From NCBI GenBank assembly GCA_046581755.1, contig JAYGFR010000246.1:1-10429 (forward strand): a stretch of 10,429 nt of DNA, read 5' to 3'. The DNA is from Nitrospinota bacterium (lineage in GTDB: Bacteria; UBA8248). The position numbers were made by a program, and so were the translations under genes. Positions 1 to 7,645 of this stretch are shown in pieces (position 1 is the stretch's first letter; each line of letters starts with the position of its first letter). The notes under the pieces are model-generated. The model had not been told where the DNA came from. It did not search any database and worked only from the letters and a program-made list of their open reading frames with translations.

Positions 1-2
1 TC

Positions 3-767
3 AATTTTTTTGACACTGCGCCGAGCTATTGGGAGTCCGAGTGTGTCCTGGGCCGTGCGCTGGAGGGGCGCCGCGATAAAGCCGTCATCGCGACGAAGGT
101 CAATGCGGACGGCGCGGAGGCGGCCCGCGAAAGTATCGATCGCTCATTCGATAATCTGCGCACCGATGTAATCGATTTGCTTCAGATTCACTCCATGAAA
201 TCCTGGCGGGAGGTGACGCCGGTGATCCAGGAGTATCAGCGCCAGGGGCGGATTCGGTTTATCGGGCTGACCGAAAGCAATCCGGAAAATTATCCCAAAG
301 TCCTCGAAGCGATGCGCGCCGGGATTTACGACACGGTTCAAATTTTGTATTCGCTCGCCGAGCGAACCTGCTGCGAGGAATTGTTGCCGCTGGCTCGGGA
401 AATGAACATAGGCGTGATCGCTTTGCGCGTGATTCTCAATCTGTTGGCGGAGCGGATCCCGCTTCGTCCGGACATGGCTGTGAATAGTGGGCAAAAGCCC
501 AAGAATAAAGGGATGCGGGAAAGGCTGCTGGAAGCGCGGGATCAGGGGAAATTTTCCTTTCTCGAAAAGTATGGAGTGGAGACGCCCGGTCAGGCGCTTC
601 TCAAGTATGTACTGTCTCATTCGGCAGTTTCGACGATTATCGTGGCGACGGGCAAGGTCGAGTGAATTGCCGAAAACGCGGCTGCCTCGGAAGGTCATGC
701 CCTGCCGCCCGAGGCCCGCGCGTGGCTGGAGGAGCTTTGCATGGCCAATCCCCAAGGCGAGTTATGA
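3..767 (+). pseudogene. Aldo/keto reductase, 5' end outside the window, interrupted by an in-frame TGA at 663-665
   Basis: The frame from nt 3 reads NFFDTAPSYWESE...VIATKV...LRTDVIDLLQIH, containing the AKR Asp/Tyr/Lys/His tetrad motifs. After GKVE-TGA the same frame continues IAENAAASEGHALPPEARAWLEELCMANPQGEL to TGA at 765-767, which is a typical AKR C-terminus. Confidence 0.85.
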
Positions 768-824
768 AGGCAAGGCGAGTCAAGATGGCCCGCACGCTGT
801 GTCGGAATAAATCAATTGCATATA

Positions 825-842
825 AAATCAGGTATATGATTT
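825..842. promoter_or_regulatory. Candidate operator: inverted repeat AAATCA-N6-TGATTT in an AT-rich stretch upstream of the CMD gene
   Basis: AAATCA (825-830) and TGATTT (837-842) are exact reverse complements, about 70 nt upstream of ATG 911. The cognate regulator is unknown. Confidence 0.3.
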
Positions 843-910
843 GTTCGATATGCCGGCCGGGTGGACAAAGAATTTATTTTAAATACCACGATACCTCCAG
901 GGAGAATTTT

Positions 911-1438
911 ATGGGCCGTTTGACGGAACTGACCACGGAAACGATGACCAAGGATCAGAGTAGCGTCTACAGCCAAATAAGGCCCGGCCAAACGGGAGTG
1001 GTCAACGGGCCGGCCGGGGCATGGCTGCGAAGCCCCGAGGTATACGAGAAGATGGGGTGGATGATCTCGTATATGCGCAATAAAAGCGGGATACCGGCCC
1101 GGTTGGTGGAGCTCGCTATCCTCATTACGGTGAACAACTGGGAGTCAATATATCCCAGGGCCCGGCATGAACCGCTGGCGAGAAAGAGCGGACTTGGCGA
1201 GGGGGTTATCGTGGCTCTTGCCGCCGGGAAGCGGCCCGAATTCACGAGCCCCGACGAGGAGGCGGTCTACAATTTTTGCGTCGAGATCAGGGAGCGCCAT
1301 TCCGTGGGGGATTCCACCTACAAGGCGGCGCTGGGCTGTTTGGGCGAACAAGGGCTTGTCGAACTCGTGGTCCTTCTGGGGTTCTACGCTACGGTGTCGA
1401 TGACGGTGAATGTTTTCGAGATTCCCGACATCGATTGA
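911..1438 (+). CDS. Carboxymuconolactone decarboxylase (CMD/AhpD-like) family protein, 175 aa
   Basis: GGAGA RBS directly before ATG 911. Family-like segments GPAGAWLRSPE, RLVELAILIT, H-x-P-LARKSGL and LGEQGLVELVVLLGFY. The ORF-track start at 662 is an upstream extension. Confidence 0.85.
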   Translation: MGRLTELTTETMTKDQSSVYSQIRPGQTGVVNGPAGAWLRSPEVYEKMGWMISYMRNKSGIPARLVELAILITVNNWESIYPRARHEPLARKSGLGEGVIVALAAGKRPEFTSPDEEAVYNFCVEIRERHSVGDSTYKAALGCLGEQGLVELVVLLGFYATVSMTVNVFEIPDID

Positions 1439-1456
1439 GGGCCGCGGGAGCGGCCC
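1439..1456 (+). other. Intergenic stem-loop with a GNRA tetraloop and no U-tail
   Basis: GGGCCGC-GGGA-GCGGCCC is a perfect 7-bp stem starting on the base after the CMD stop codon. Confidence 0.55.
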
Positions 1457-1500
1457 CGGAATATCTCCCCGCCTCATCGAACAGGAAGGCATATAGACCC

Positions 1501-2691
1501 ATGGAAAAACGGCCCCTCGGAAACACCGGCCTTGAGGTTTCGGTTGTCGGATTCGGCGCCATGACCATCGGCGACCGCTTTGGCCCCGTGGACGATGCCG
1601 AGAGTAACCGCGCCCTCCACGCCGCCATCGACGGCGGGATGAACTTCATCGACACCTCGAACGCCTACGGCGAGGGCCGCAGCGAGAACCTCATCGGAAA
1701 ATTCCTGAAGGAACGCCCCGACAGGGACGATCTCATCCTGTGCACGAAAGGGGGCAACAACTTCGTCGCCCTCGAGCGCGGCGGCTGGGGCCGCGACTTC
1801 ACGCCCGGCTTCATCGGAAAATGCCTCGAGGAGAGCCTGGGCCGGCTCGGGGTGGAGGCCATCGGCTTGTACCTCCTCCACAACCCCAAAATGGAGGACA
1901 TGAAGGCGGAGGACTGCTACGCCCTTCTCGACAAGGCCAGGGACGACGGAAAACTCAAGTGTTGGGGCGTTTCGGTGAACACGGTGGAAGAATGCGACTA
2001 CGCCATCGAGTCGGGGAAAGCGACTCTCCTCCAGATGGAATACAACGTCCTGCAACAGGAGGAGGCCGGCTCGTTCCAGCGGGCGAAAGAGGCGGGCGTT
2101 GGCGTCATTTGCCGCGTCGCGCTCAAGCGCGGGTTCCTTTCGGGCAAGATCGATGAGACGGTCGAGTTCACCGAAGACGACATGCGCCGGCGAATCCTGA
2201 CCCCCGAGAGAATTCGCAAGTTCCAGGGCAGGTTGAACAGGCTCCGTGACGTGGCCGGCCAGTTGAACATCACTCCCGCCGAGGCGGCGCTCCGCTTCTG
2301 CGTGTCGAACCGGAATATCTCGATCGTTATTCCCGGCATCCGCACCGCCGAGCAGGCGAGCCAAAACGCCCGCTGCGGCGAGGCCCTGCCCATCGAGGCG
2401 ATCAAACGGCTCGAAGAGGGGAGAAGAAAGCGTTGCGGCCCCTGCCGAATGCCGGGGCTGACACGGCGGCCTCCCGCCATTGTCTTCGGGCCCACACTTT
2501 GGCAACATGGTTTCATACCTAAAAAAGAAGGGGTAAATCAATGGCGTACCGTATCGAAAACACAGAGGTGCAAGGCAACCCAATGGAGATTTTTATCTTC
2601 GAGCCGGAAGAGGCCGGCCCGCATCCGGGGCTGGTTCTTTGTCAGCATATTCCCGGCCATACGGGAATCGAAAAGGATCTCTTCACGCTGA
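1501..2691 (+). CDS. Aldo/keto reductase; domain ends near 2421 and the ORF reads through to 2691 (probable stop-codon loss)
   Basis: MEKRPLGNTGLEVSVVGFGAM start, with FIDTSNAYGEGRSE, LCTKGG, IGLYLLHNP and VIPGIRTAEQASQNA motifs. About 90 non-AKR residues follow and overlap the next gene by 151 nt. Confidence 0.88.
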   Translation: MEKRPLGNTGLEVSVVGFGAMTIGDRFGPVDDAESNRALHAAIDGGMNFIDTSNAYGEGRSENLIGKFLKERPDRDDLILCTKGGNNFVALERGGWGRDFTPGFIGKCLEESLGRLGVEAIGLYLLHNPKMEDMKAEDCYALLDKARDDGKLKCWGVSVNTVEECDYAIESGKATLLQMEYNVLQQEEAGSFQRAKEAGVGVICRVALKRGFLSGKIDETVEFTEDDMRRRILTPERIRKFQGRLNRLRDVAGQLNITPAEAALRFCVSNRNISIVIPGIRTAEQASQNARCGEALPIEAIKRLEEGRRKRCGPCRMPGLTRRPPAIVFGPTLWQHGFIPKKEGVNQWRTVSKTQRCKATQWRFLSSSRKRPARIRGWFFVSIFPAIRESKRISSR

Positions 2692-3260
2692 AGACCGGAG
2701 AGCGCTTCGCCGAAAACGGCTACGCGGTGTCCGTGCCGTTCCTCTACCACTGGTGGTCCAAGGAAGACGACATGCCGATCAAGCGCGAGGAATTTAGCGA
2801 CACTCAAACCGTCCCCGATCTGCAGGCGGGTTTCGATGTGCTGGCGGGGATGGAGAGCGTGGATAGCGGTAAAATTGGAATTGTCGGCCATTGCTGGGGC
2901 GGGCGTGTGTCCTGGCTGGGCGCGTGCTCAAACGCGGAATATAAAGCGTGCGCGGTGTTCTATGGGGGCGGAATCAAGGAGGTGCGGGGAGAGGGCAATC
3001 CGCCCGCCATCGAGCTGGCTTCGAAAATTCCGTGCCCGGTTATCGGTTTTTTCGGAAACACCGACCAAAACCCGTCGCCGGAGGACGTCGATGATCTCGA
3101 TGCGGCCCTCACGAAAGCGGGCATCGAACACACCTTTCACCGGTACGACGGCGCCGGCCATGCTTTCCAGTGGGCGGACAACCCGGATCGCTACCACGCG
3201 GAAGCCAGCGATGACGCATGGGATAAGGTGCTTGCGTTCTTCGATGCGAAATTAAAATAG
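2541..3260 (+). CDS. Dienelactone hydrolase family protein (alpha/beta hydrolase), 239 aa
   Basis: Nucleophile elbow GHCWGG (Cys), FFGNTDQNP (Asp) and YDGAGHAF (His), C-terminal ASDDAWDKVLAFF, and a purine-rich RBS upstream. Confidence 0.93.
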   Translation: MAYRIENTEVQGNPMEIFIFEPEEAGPHPGLVLCQHIPGHTGIEKDLFTLKTGERFAENGYAVSVPFLYHWWSKEDDMPIKREEFSDTQTVPDLQAGFDVLAGMESVDSGKIGIVGHCWGGRVSWLGACSNAEYKACAVFYGGGIKEVRGEGNPPAIELASKIPCPVIGFFGNTDQNPSPEDVDDLDAALTKAGIEHTFHRYDGAGHAFQWADNPDRYHAEASDDAWDKVLAFFDAKLK

Positions 3261-3312
3261 TGGACTGCCCGTACTCATGCCCGGCTGTGGACCGAAGTTT
3301 CGGGAGATGAAC

Positions 3313-3356
3313 CCCGTCCATGGCGGATGTCCAATTCGCCATGGACGGGTTATTTT
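3313..3356. terminator. Intrinsic terminator between convergent genes
   Basis: Perfect 13-bp inverted repeat CCCGTCCATGGCG (3313-3325) / CGCCATGGACGGG (3337-3349), followed by TTATTTT on the + strand. It abuts the stop codon of the minus-strand gene. Confidence 0.8.
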
Positions 3357-3734
3357 ACCCTGCCGAGACGGTAGGTTCCGAAACCCGGGTTTTTCCCCGT
3401 GAGGATTTGCTTCCCCTTTTCCTTGTGAAGAGTAAACGTCGCTCCTCTCTCCCCCACGATAGTCAAGGTGACCTTCCCCTTCTCGATTTCAATTTTTCCG
3501 GTTGTTCGATTCAGGACAGAATCGAATTGATAGGAACCATCTTCGCGGAAAATGATTGAAATCGGAAAACTTTTTGATTTGTCCGGCCATGTATATTTCC
3601 CCTCCCAGGTTCCCACGATACTTTTCGCATCTTTGACACTCAAGCGGGAGGGAGAATAAAAAAAATGGCGAATAGGGCATAAACGGCTATCCTGAAGATG
3701 AGAAGCGATTTTTTCGGTTCATCATAAAAGACAT
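3350..3734 (-). pseudogene. Small Lys-rich, probably beta-rich exported hypothetical protein with its signal peptide out of frame
   Basis: The mature-like ORF 3350-3643 (SVKDAKSIVGTWEGKYTW...) has only a TTG start. Upstream, a different frame encodes KKSLLIFRIAVYALFAIFFILPPA-stop, and a third frame holds ATG 3734 (MSFMMN) preceded by GGGAG. Confidence 0.55.
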
Positions 3735-3755
3735 TGCGCTCCCAGCGTTATTTTC

Positions 3756-3788
3756 TTTCAGACGATAGCCCAACGGGCTTCGTTGAAA
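3756..3788. other. Imperfect long hairpin
   Basis: TTTCA-G-ACGA-T-AGCCC-AAC-GGGCT-TCGT-TGAAA gives 14 pairs with two single-base bulges. It lies just past the end of the minus-strand MDR remnant and has no U-tail in that direction. Confidence 0.4.
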
Positions 3789-3800
3789 TGAACGATGAAT

Positions 3801-4237
3801 TCACTCTTTGGGTATTCGGGCATGAGTATCCGCCGCAAATGCGCACCGCGCGTCGAATACTATCTTGCCCCGGACGTGTCCCGTCTGGCTGAGGTCTTGC
3901 GCGGCTCCGGCCTCGGCGAGAGACATCCGCGTGATTTCCGGCGGGCGAACCGCGCCCTGCTCCACGAGCGCGGTAATCCGATCGAAATGCTGACGGTCCC
4001 GGGCGACATAGGGTCGTGTCGCGGTGACGTCCCCGCGCGGGGGCTCGAAACCCTCCAGTCCGGCTGCGATATGAACCAGACGCCCGCCGGCCTTTTGCAC
4101 CGAAAAACTGCGCGCATGCACTTTGCCCCCGATGGTATCGAATACCACAATCTCATCGGGCCTGGCGGCCGGATCGGCCGAATCGGTATATTGGAGCACT
4201 TCCGGCCCCCGTAACCGGTCATCAGGATTGCCTCCAT
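3801..4237 (-). pseudogene. Remnant of an NADP-dependent MDR-family oxidoreductase (quinone oxidoreductase-like), with a frameshift and a large internal deletion
   Basis: GAGGAG RBS and ATG 4237 give MEAILMTGYGG. A 1-nt shift then gives (P)EVLQYTDSADPAARPDEIVV, joined directly to FDTIGG...GGRLVHIA...AQDLSQTGHVRGKIVFD, which is the C-terminal part of the family. Confidence 0.85.
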
Positions 4238-4456
4238 CGCCGCTCCTCGTCTATTTGAAGAAATAGGTCCCATAAAAGAGCTCAACTCCTTGACGCCGCG
4301 CCGCAAAGGGAGATCCGAAAACAGCCCGCCGTATTTCAAAAATGGACTGATCTCCATGCCGGTTTCAGCCAATCATGACATATCCCTTGGCCGATGGATT
4401 TTATCCGGGTTTTCGGCGCTCCGCCAAATTGTCATAGGTTTGGTATGGCCATTTTC

Positions 4457-5194
4457 ATGGATATGGAAAAATCGTTGATCGTTATATCCGTGTTTTTCTT
4501 TGCCGCTTTCGTCAAGGGTACAACAGGGCTCGGTTTCTCGACAATCTGCCTTCCGTTCTTGGCGATGACCCTGGGCATCAAAGAGACGTTGCCGCTCCTG
4601 ATTGTGCCTTCTCTGTTAAGCAACATCCTCGTAATGGTAGACGCGGGCCATTTTCGGTCTACACTCGCCCGGTTTTGGCCGCTTTTCGTTTCGGCGCTTC
4701 CTGGAATTCCCGTGGGTCTTGCCCTCTTCGCATGGATAGAACCGCGCATCGCCGGGGCCGCTCTTGGTTTTGTTCTCATCGCATTTTGCGCCTTTTCTCT
4801 GGCGAGACCCGAAATGAAGCTGCCGGCGAATCTGGAGCGGCCCCTGGGTCCGCCGGTGGGCATTGTGACCGGAGTGATCAACGGCCTGACCGGAGTTCAG
4901 GTAATTCCTGTTTTGCCGTATTTGCTCTCCCTCCCCCTCAGCCCAAACCATCTCATTCAAGCGATAAACTGCTGGGCCACCCTTTCAGGCGCGATCATGG
5001 CCATTGGCCTGGCGAAGTTGGGCCCCATGAGCTGGGATAGGTTCCTGATGTCCGCGATTGGGTTGGTTCCGGTCTATGCCGGGGTAAAGCTTGGGGACCG
5101 GGCTCGGCGGTGGCTGCCGCCCGAGACTTTCGGGAAAGCCGTTCTGTTGTTGCTGGCACTGATGGGCGCCACCCTGATCGACAGGTTGTTGTAG
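4457..5194 (+). CDS. Sulfite exporter TauE/SafE family membrane protein; start uncertain (4445, 4457 or 4463)
   Basis: Hydrophobic protein of about 245 aa with AAFVKGTTGLGF in the first half and GIVTGVINGLTG in the second half, the two-repeat TauE signature. Confidence 0.88.
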   Translation: MDMEKSLIVISVFFFAAFVKGTTGLGFSTICLPFLAMTLGIKETLPLLIVPSLLSNILVMVDAGHFRSTLARFWPLFVSALPGIPVGLALFAWIEPRIAGAALGFVLIAFCAFSLARPEMKLPANLERPLGPPVGIVTGVINGLTGVQVIPVLPYLLSLPLSPNHLIQAINCWATLSGAIMAIGLAKLGPMSWDRFLMSAIGLVPVYAGVKLGDRARRWLPPETFGKAVLLLLALMGATLIDRLL

Positions 5195-5440
5195 CGATCA
5201 TTCGATTCCGGCTTTTTCCCCTGGTTGGGACATCCGCGTAAATTCAAGATTTAGGGGGATTTCCCCTCGGCCTCGCCGTAAAACCGATGGAGCTCGCGCG
5301 AAAAGGTTATAGGTCAAAATCCCTGTCTTTAGGCAGGCCTGATTAGCCTTGAAGCAGCGCAACATTGCCGCGCATGCTTTCCATTGATACGATTCTATTG
5401 TTCTTTCCCGTTATTTCGTTTCCCATTCGGGGAGCCCGCC

Positions 5441-6562
5441 ATGCCGCGCGCGCCGATTCGGGCCGGTATTGTTCTTCTGTTTCTCGCCGCCGGTTGGGCG
5501 GCCGCTCCTATCGCCATTGCGGCGCCCTCTACGGTCCCGCAGGGCCCGTCCGCGTCCGAATTCCTCAAAAGAGGCCTGAAGGCCCAAAAGGAATCGCGGT
5601 GGAAAGATGCGATGCAGGACTACCGGAGCGCCTCATCCTATTTCGCCGGAACAATGAGGAAGAAAACGAGGCCGACGCACTGAACAACATCGGCGTCATC
5701 CACAAACTCCAAGGCCGGTACGGCAAGGCCATGGAGTTTTACGAAAAAAGCCTGGAGATCAAAAAGCGCCTGGGGGACCGGGCCGGGATGGCCACAACCT
5801 ACACCGGCATCGGCAACCTCCACGATAGACAGGGTCTCTATGACAGGGCCATGGAGTTTTACTAAAAAAACCTGGCGATCCAAAAGCGTTTGGGGAACCG
5901 GACCGGGATGGCCGATACCTTGGGCAACTTGGGCAACACCCACTCGAAACGGGGCCGGTACGCTAGGGCCATGGAATTTTTTTTTTGATAAAAGCCTTAC
6001 GATCCAAAAGCACCTGGGGGACCGGGTCGGGATGGCCACAACCTACACCGGCATCGCTATCATCCATAAAAGCCAGGGTCGCCATGCCCGGGCATTGGAG
6101 TTCTTTGATAAAAGCCTTGCGATCAAAAAGCGCCTGGAGGACCGGTCCGGGATGGCCGAAACCTTTGGCAACATCGGTTTCATCCACAAAAGCCAGGGCC
6201 GCTACGCCCGGGCACTGGAGTTCTTTGATAAAAGTCTCGCGATCAAAAAGCGCCTGGGGAACCGAGCCGGGATGGCCGATACCCTGGGCATCATGGGCAA
6301 CATCCACTCAAAACGGGGCCGATACGACAAGGCCATGGTGTTTTACGAAAAAAGTTTCGCGATCAGAAAGCGCCTGGGGGACCGGATGGGCGCCGCCTTC
6401 TCCAGCGCCAACATGGGCCTCATGGCCGAGAAGCAGGGAAGGCTGGACCTCGCTATCCGCTATATGGAAGAGGCGCGGGATATTCTCCTGAGCATCGGGT
6501 CTCCAATGGTCAAAAAAATTGAGAGTCAACTCCGGAACCTCCACCATAAAGCGAGGCAGTAG
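5441..6562 (+). pseudogene. Secreted tetratricopeptide-repeat protein with three lesions
   Basis: GGGGAG RBS and ATG 5441, signal peptide MPRAPIRAGIVLLFLAAGWAAAPIAIAA. Lesions: 1-nt frameshift near 5641-5643; TAA at 5863-5865 where units 1 and 6 have GAA; and a T10 tract at 5977-5986 that adds 4 nt. Terminal TAG at 6560-6562. Confidence 0.88.
5671..6514 (+). repeat. Tandem array of seven 120-nt (40-aa) TPR-encoding units
   Basis: Units start at 5671, 5791, 5911, 6035, 6155, 6275 and 6395. Spacing is 120 nt except for one 124-nt unit. The shared core resembles AAAAAGCGCCTGGGGGACCGGGCCGGGATGGCC, and the last unit is divergent. Confidence 0.9.
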
Positions 6563-6665
6563 GGGGCGCGCCCGGCGCATTTGCCTGAAATTTCTCCCGA
6601 GAAGAACCCAAATTTCCTCTCAGAAGGCCTTGAAACCGGGGGCGGGCGAAATTGCGCGGCGGAAA

Positions 6666-7496
6666 TCACCCGGCCTCTTCGACGGGCATGGAGAAGCCGC
6701 CGATCTTATCGATTTCCACTTCTATCCGATCGCCCGGGTAAATCCGCGACACGCCCTCGGGCGTTCCGGTCATGAGAACGTCGCCCGGCAGCAAGGGGAA
6801 GGCCCACGATGCGCGTTCGATCAACTCCGCCACCCCGCAAACCATGTCCGAGGTATGGGCGTCCTGACGCAGTTCGCCATTCACGGAAAGGCGGAGTTGG
6901 AGATTTTGCGGGTCACCCAGCTCGTCCGGCGTGAGGAGACAAGGACCGATGGGCGTGAACGTGTCGAACGACTTGCGGTAGGGACGGTCCTCTTTGCCGC
7001 GAACGGTTACGTCAATCGCGATGGTGTAGGCAAAGACGTGCGCGAGCGCGTCCTCGGGGCGAACCTTGTATGCCTTGCGGCCGATAATGGCGGCGAGTTC
7101 CACCTCCGGATCCTGGCGGCGGTCCGAAAAAGGCAGGCGAATGGCGTCTTCCGGGCCCACGATGGAGGTCGGGGACTTGAGAAAGAAGCCCGCATTCTCC
7201 ACGGTGTAATCCACCAGCATCTCTTCCCGGTGGGCATTATAGTTCACGGGCGCCGCCACAATTTTGGAGGGATTCAGCACGGGCGGAAGGAGGCGGCAGT
7301 CCTCGAGCGGTTTGCGGGCGCCCGACGACCGGGCTGACTCCAGGCGGGGAAGGGTCTCCTCCCACCGGCCGATGGCGCGGATAAAATGGACCTCTGGCCA
7401 GGATTCCCCATGACCGGGGAAGGCCTCGCTGACGTCACAGACTTCGCCGCCCTCCAGGAGGCCCACCCTTCCCTCGTCGAAGCGAACGATCCGCAT
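6666..7496 (-). CDS. Fumarylacetoacetate hydrolase (FAH) family protein, 276 aa
   Basis: PSKIVAAPVNY, FFLKSPTSIVGP, DPEVELA, IDVTVR, KSFDTFTPIGP and PGDVLMTGTPEGV motifs, with an AGGGAG RBS. Confidence 0.93.
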   Translation of the reverse strand: MRIVRFDEGRVGLLEGGEVCDVSEAFPGHGESWPEVHFIRAIGRWEETLPRLESARSSGARKPLEDCRLLPPVLNPSKIVAAPVNYNAHREEMLVDYTVENAGFFLKSPTSIVGPEDAIRLPFSDRRQDPEVELAAIIGRKAYKVRPEDALAHVFAYTIAIDVTVRGKEDRPYRKSFDTFTPIGPCLLTPDELGDPQNLQLRLSVNGELRQDAHTSDMVCGVAELIERASWAFPLLPGDVLMTGTPEGVSRIYPGDRIEVEIDKIGGFSMPVEEAG

Positions 7497-7645
7497 GAAT
7501 CTCTCCCTTGGTTTTTGGTTACCGAAAAAGGGGCGGACCCTCCCGCCGCAGCTTCCCGGTTATTTCATGGCGGAGGATTTTTCGAGTCACTGGAACTGGA
7601 CCGGTCCGCTTACAAAAAGTTCCCTGGATATTCACCGGTTTTTTC

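Noticed and set aside
663..700. Selenocysteine or recoded TGA in the first AKR
   Set aside because: The position is not a Cys or catalytic site in AKRs, and I see no convincing SECIS stem. TGA ends other genes here at their expected positions (1438, 6666, 10149), so an alternative genetic code is unlikely.
753..780. Direct repeat CAAGGCGAGT at 753-762 and 771-780 as an insertion target-site duplication
   Set aside because: The copies are only 8 nt apart, with no element or terminal inverted repeats between them. At most this is a small local duplication.
662..910. N-terminal extension of the CMD ORF, and similarly 1276-1500 for the second AKR and 8816-8845 for the ADH
   Set aside because: Family similarity begins at ATG 911, 1501 and 8815, with strong RBSs at 911 and 8815. 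The extensions overlap other genes or intergenic DNA.
1474..2583. 369-aa antisense ORF opposite the second AKR
   Set aside because: Shadow ORF expected from GC-rich codon usage, with no recognisable motifs.
5671..6514. CRISPR array or diversity-generating retroelement
   Set aside because: The repeats are in-frame 120-nt coding units without unique spacers. No cas or reverse transcriptase gene is in the window, and the differences between units are not adenine-specific.
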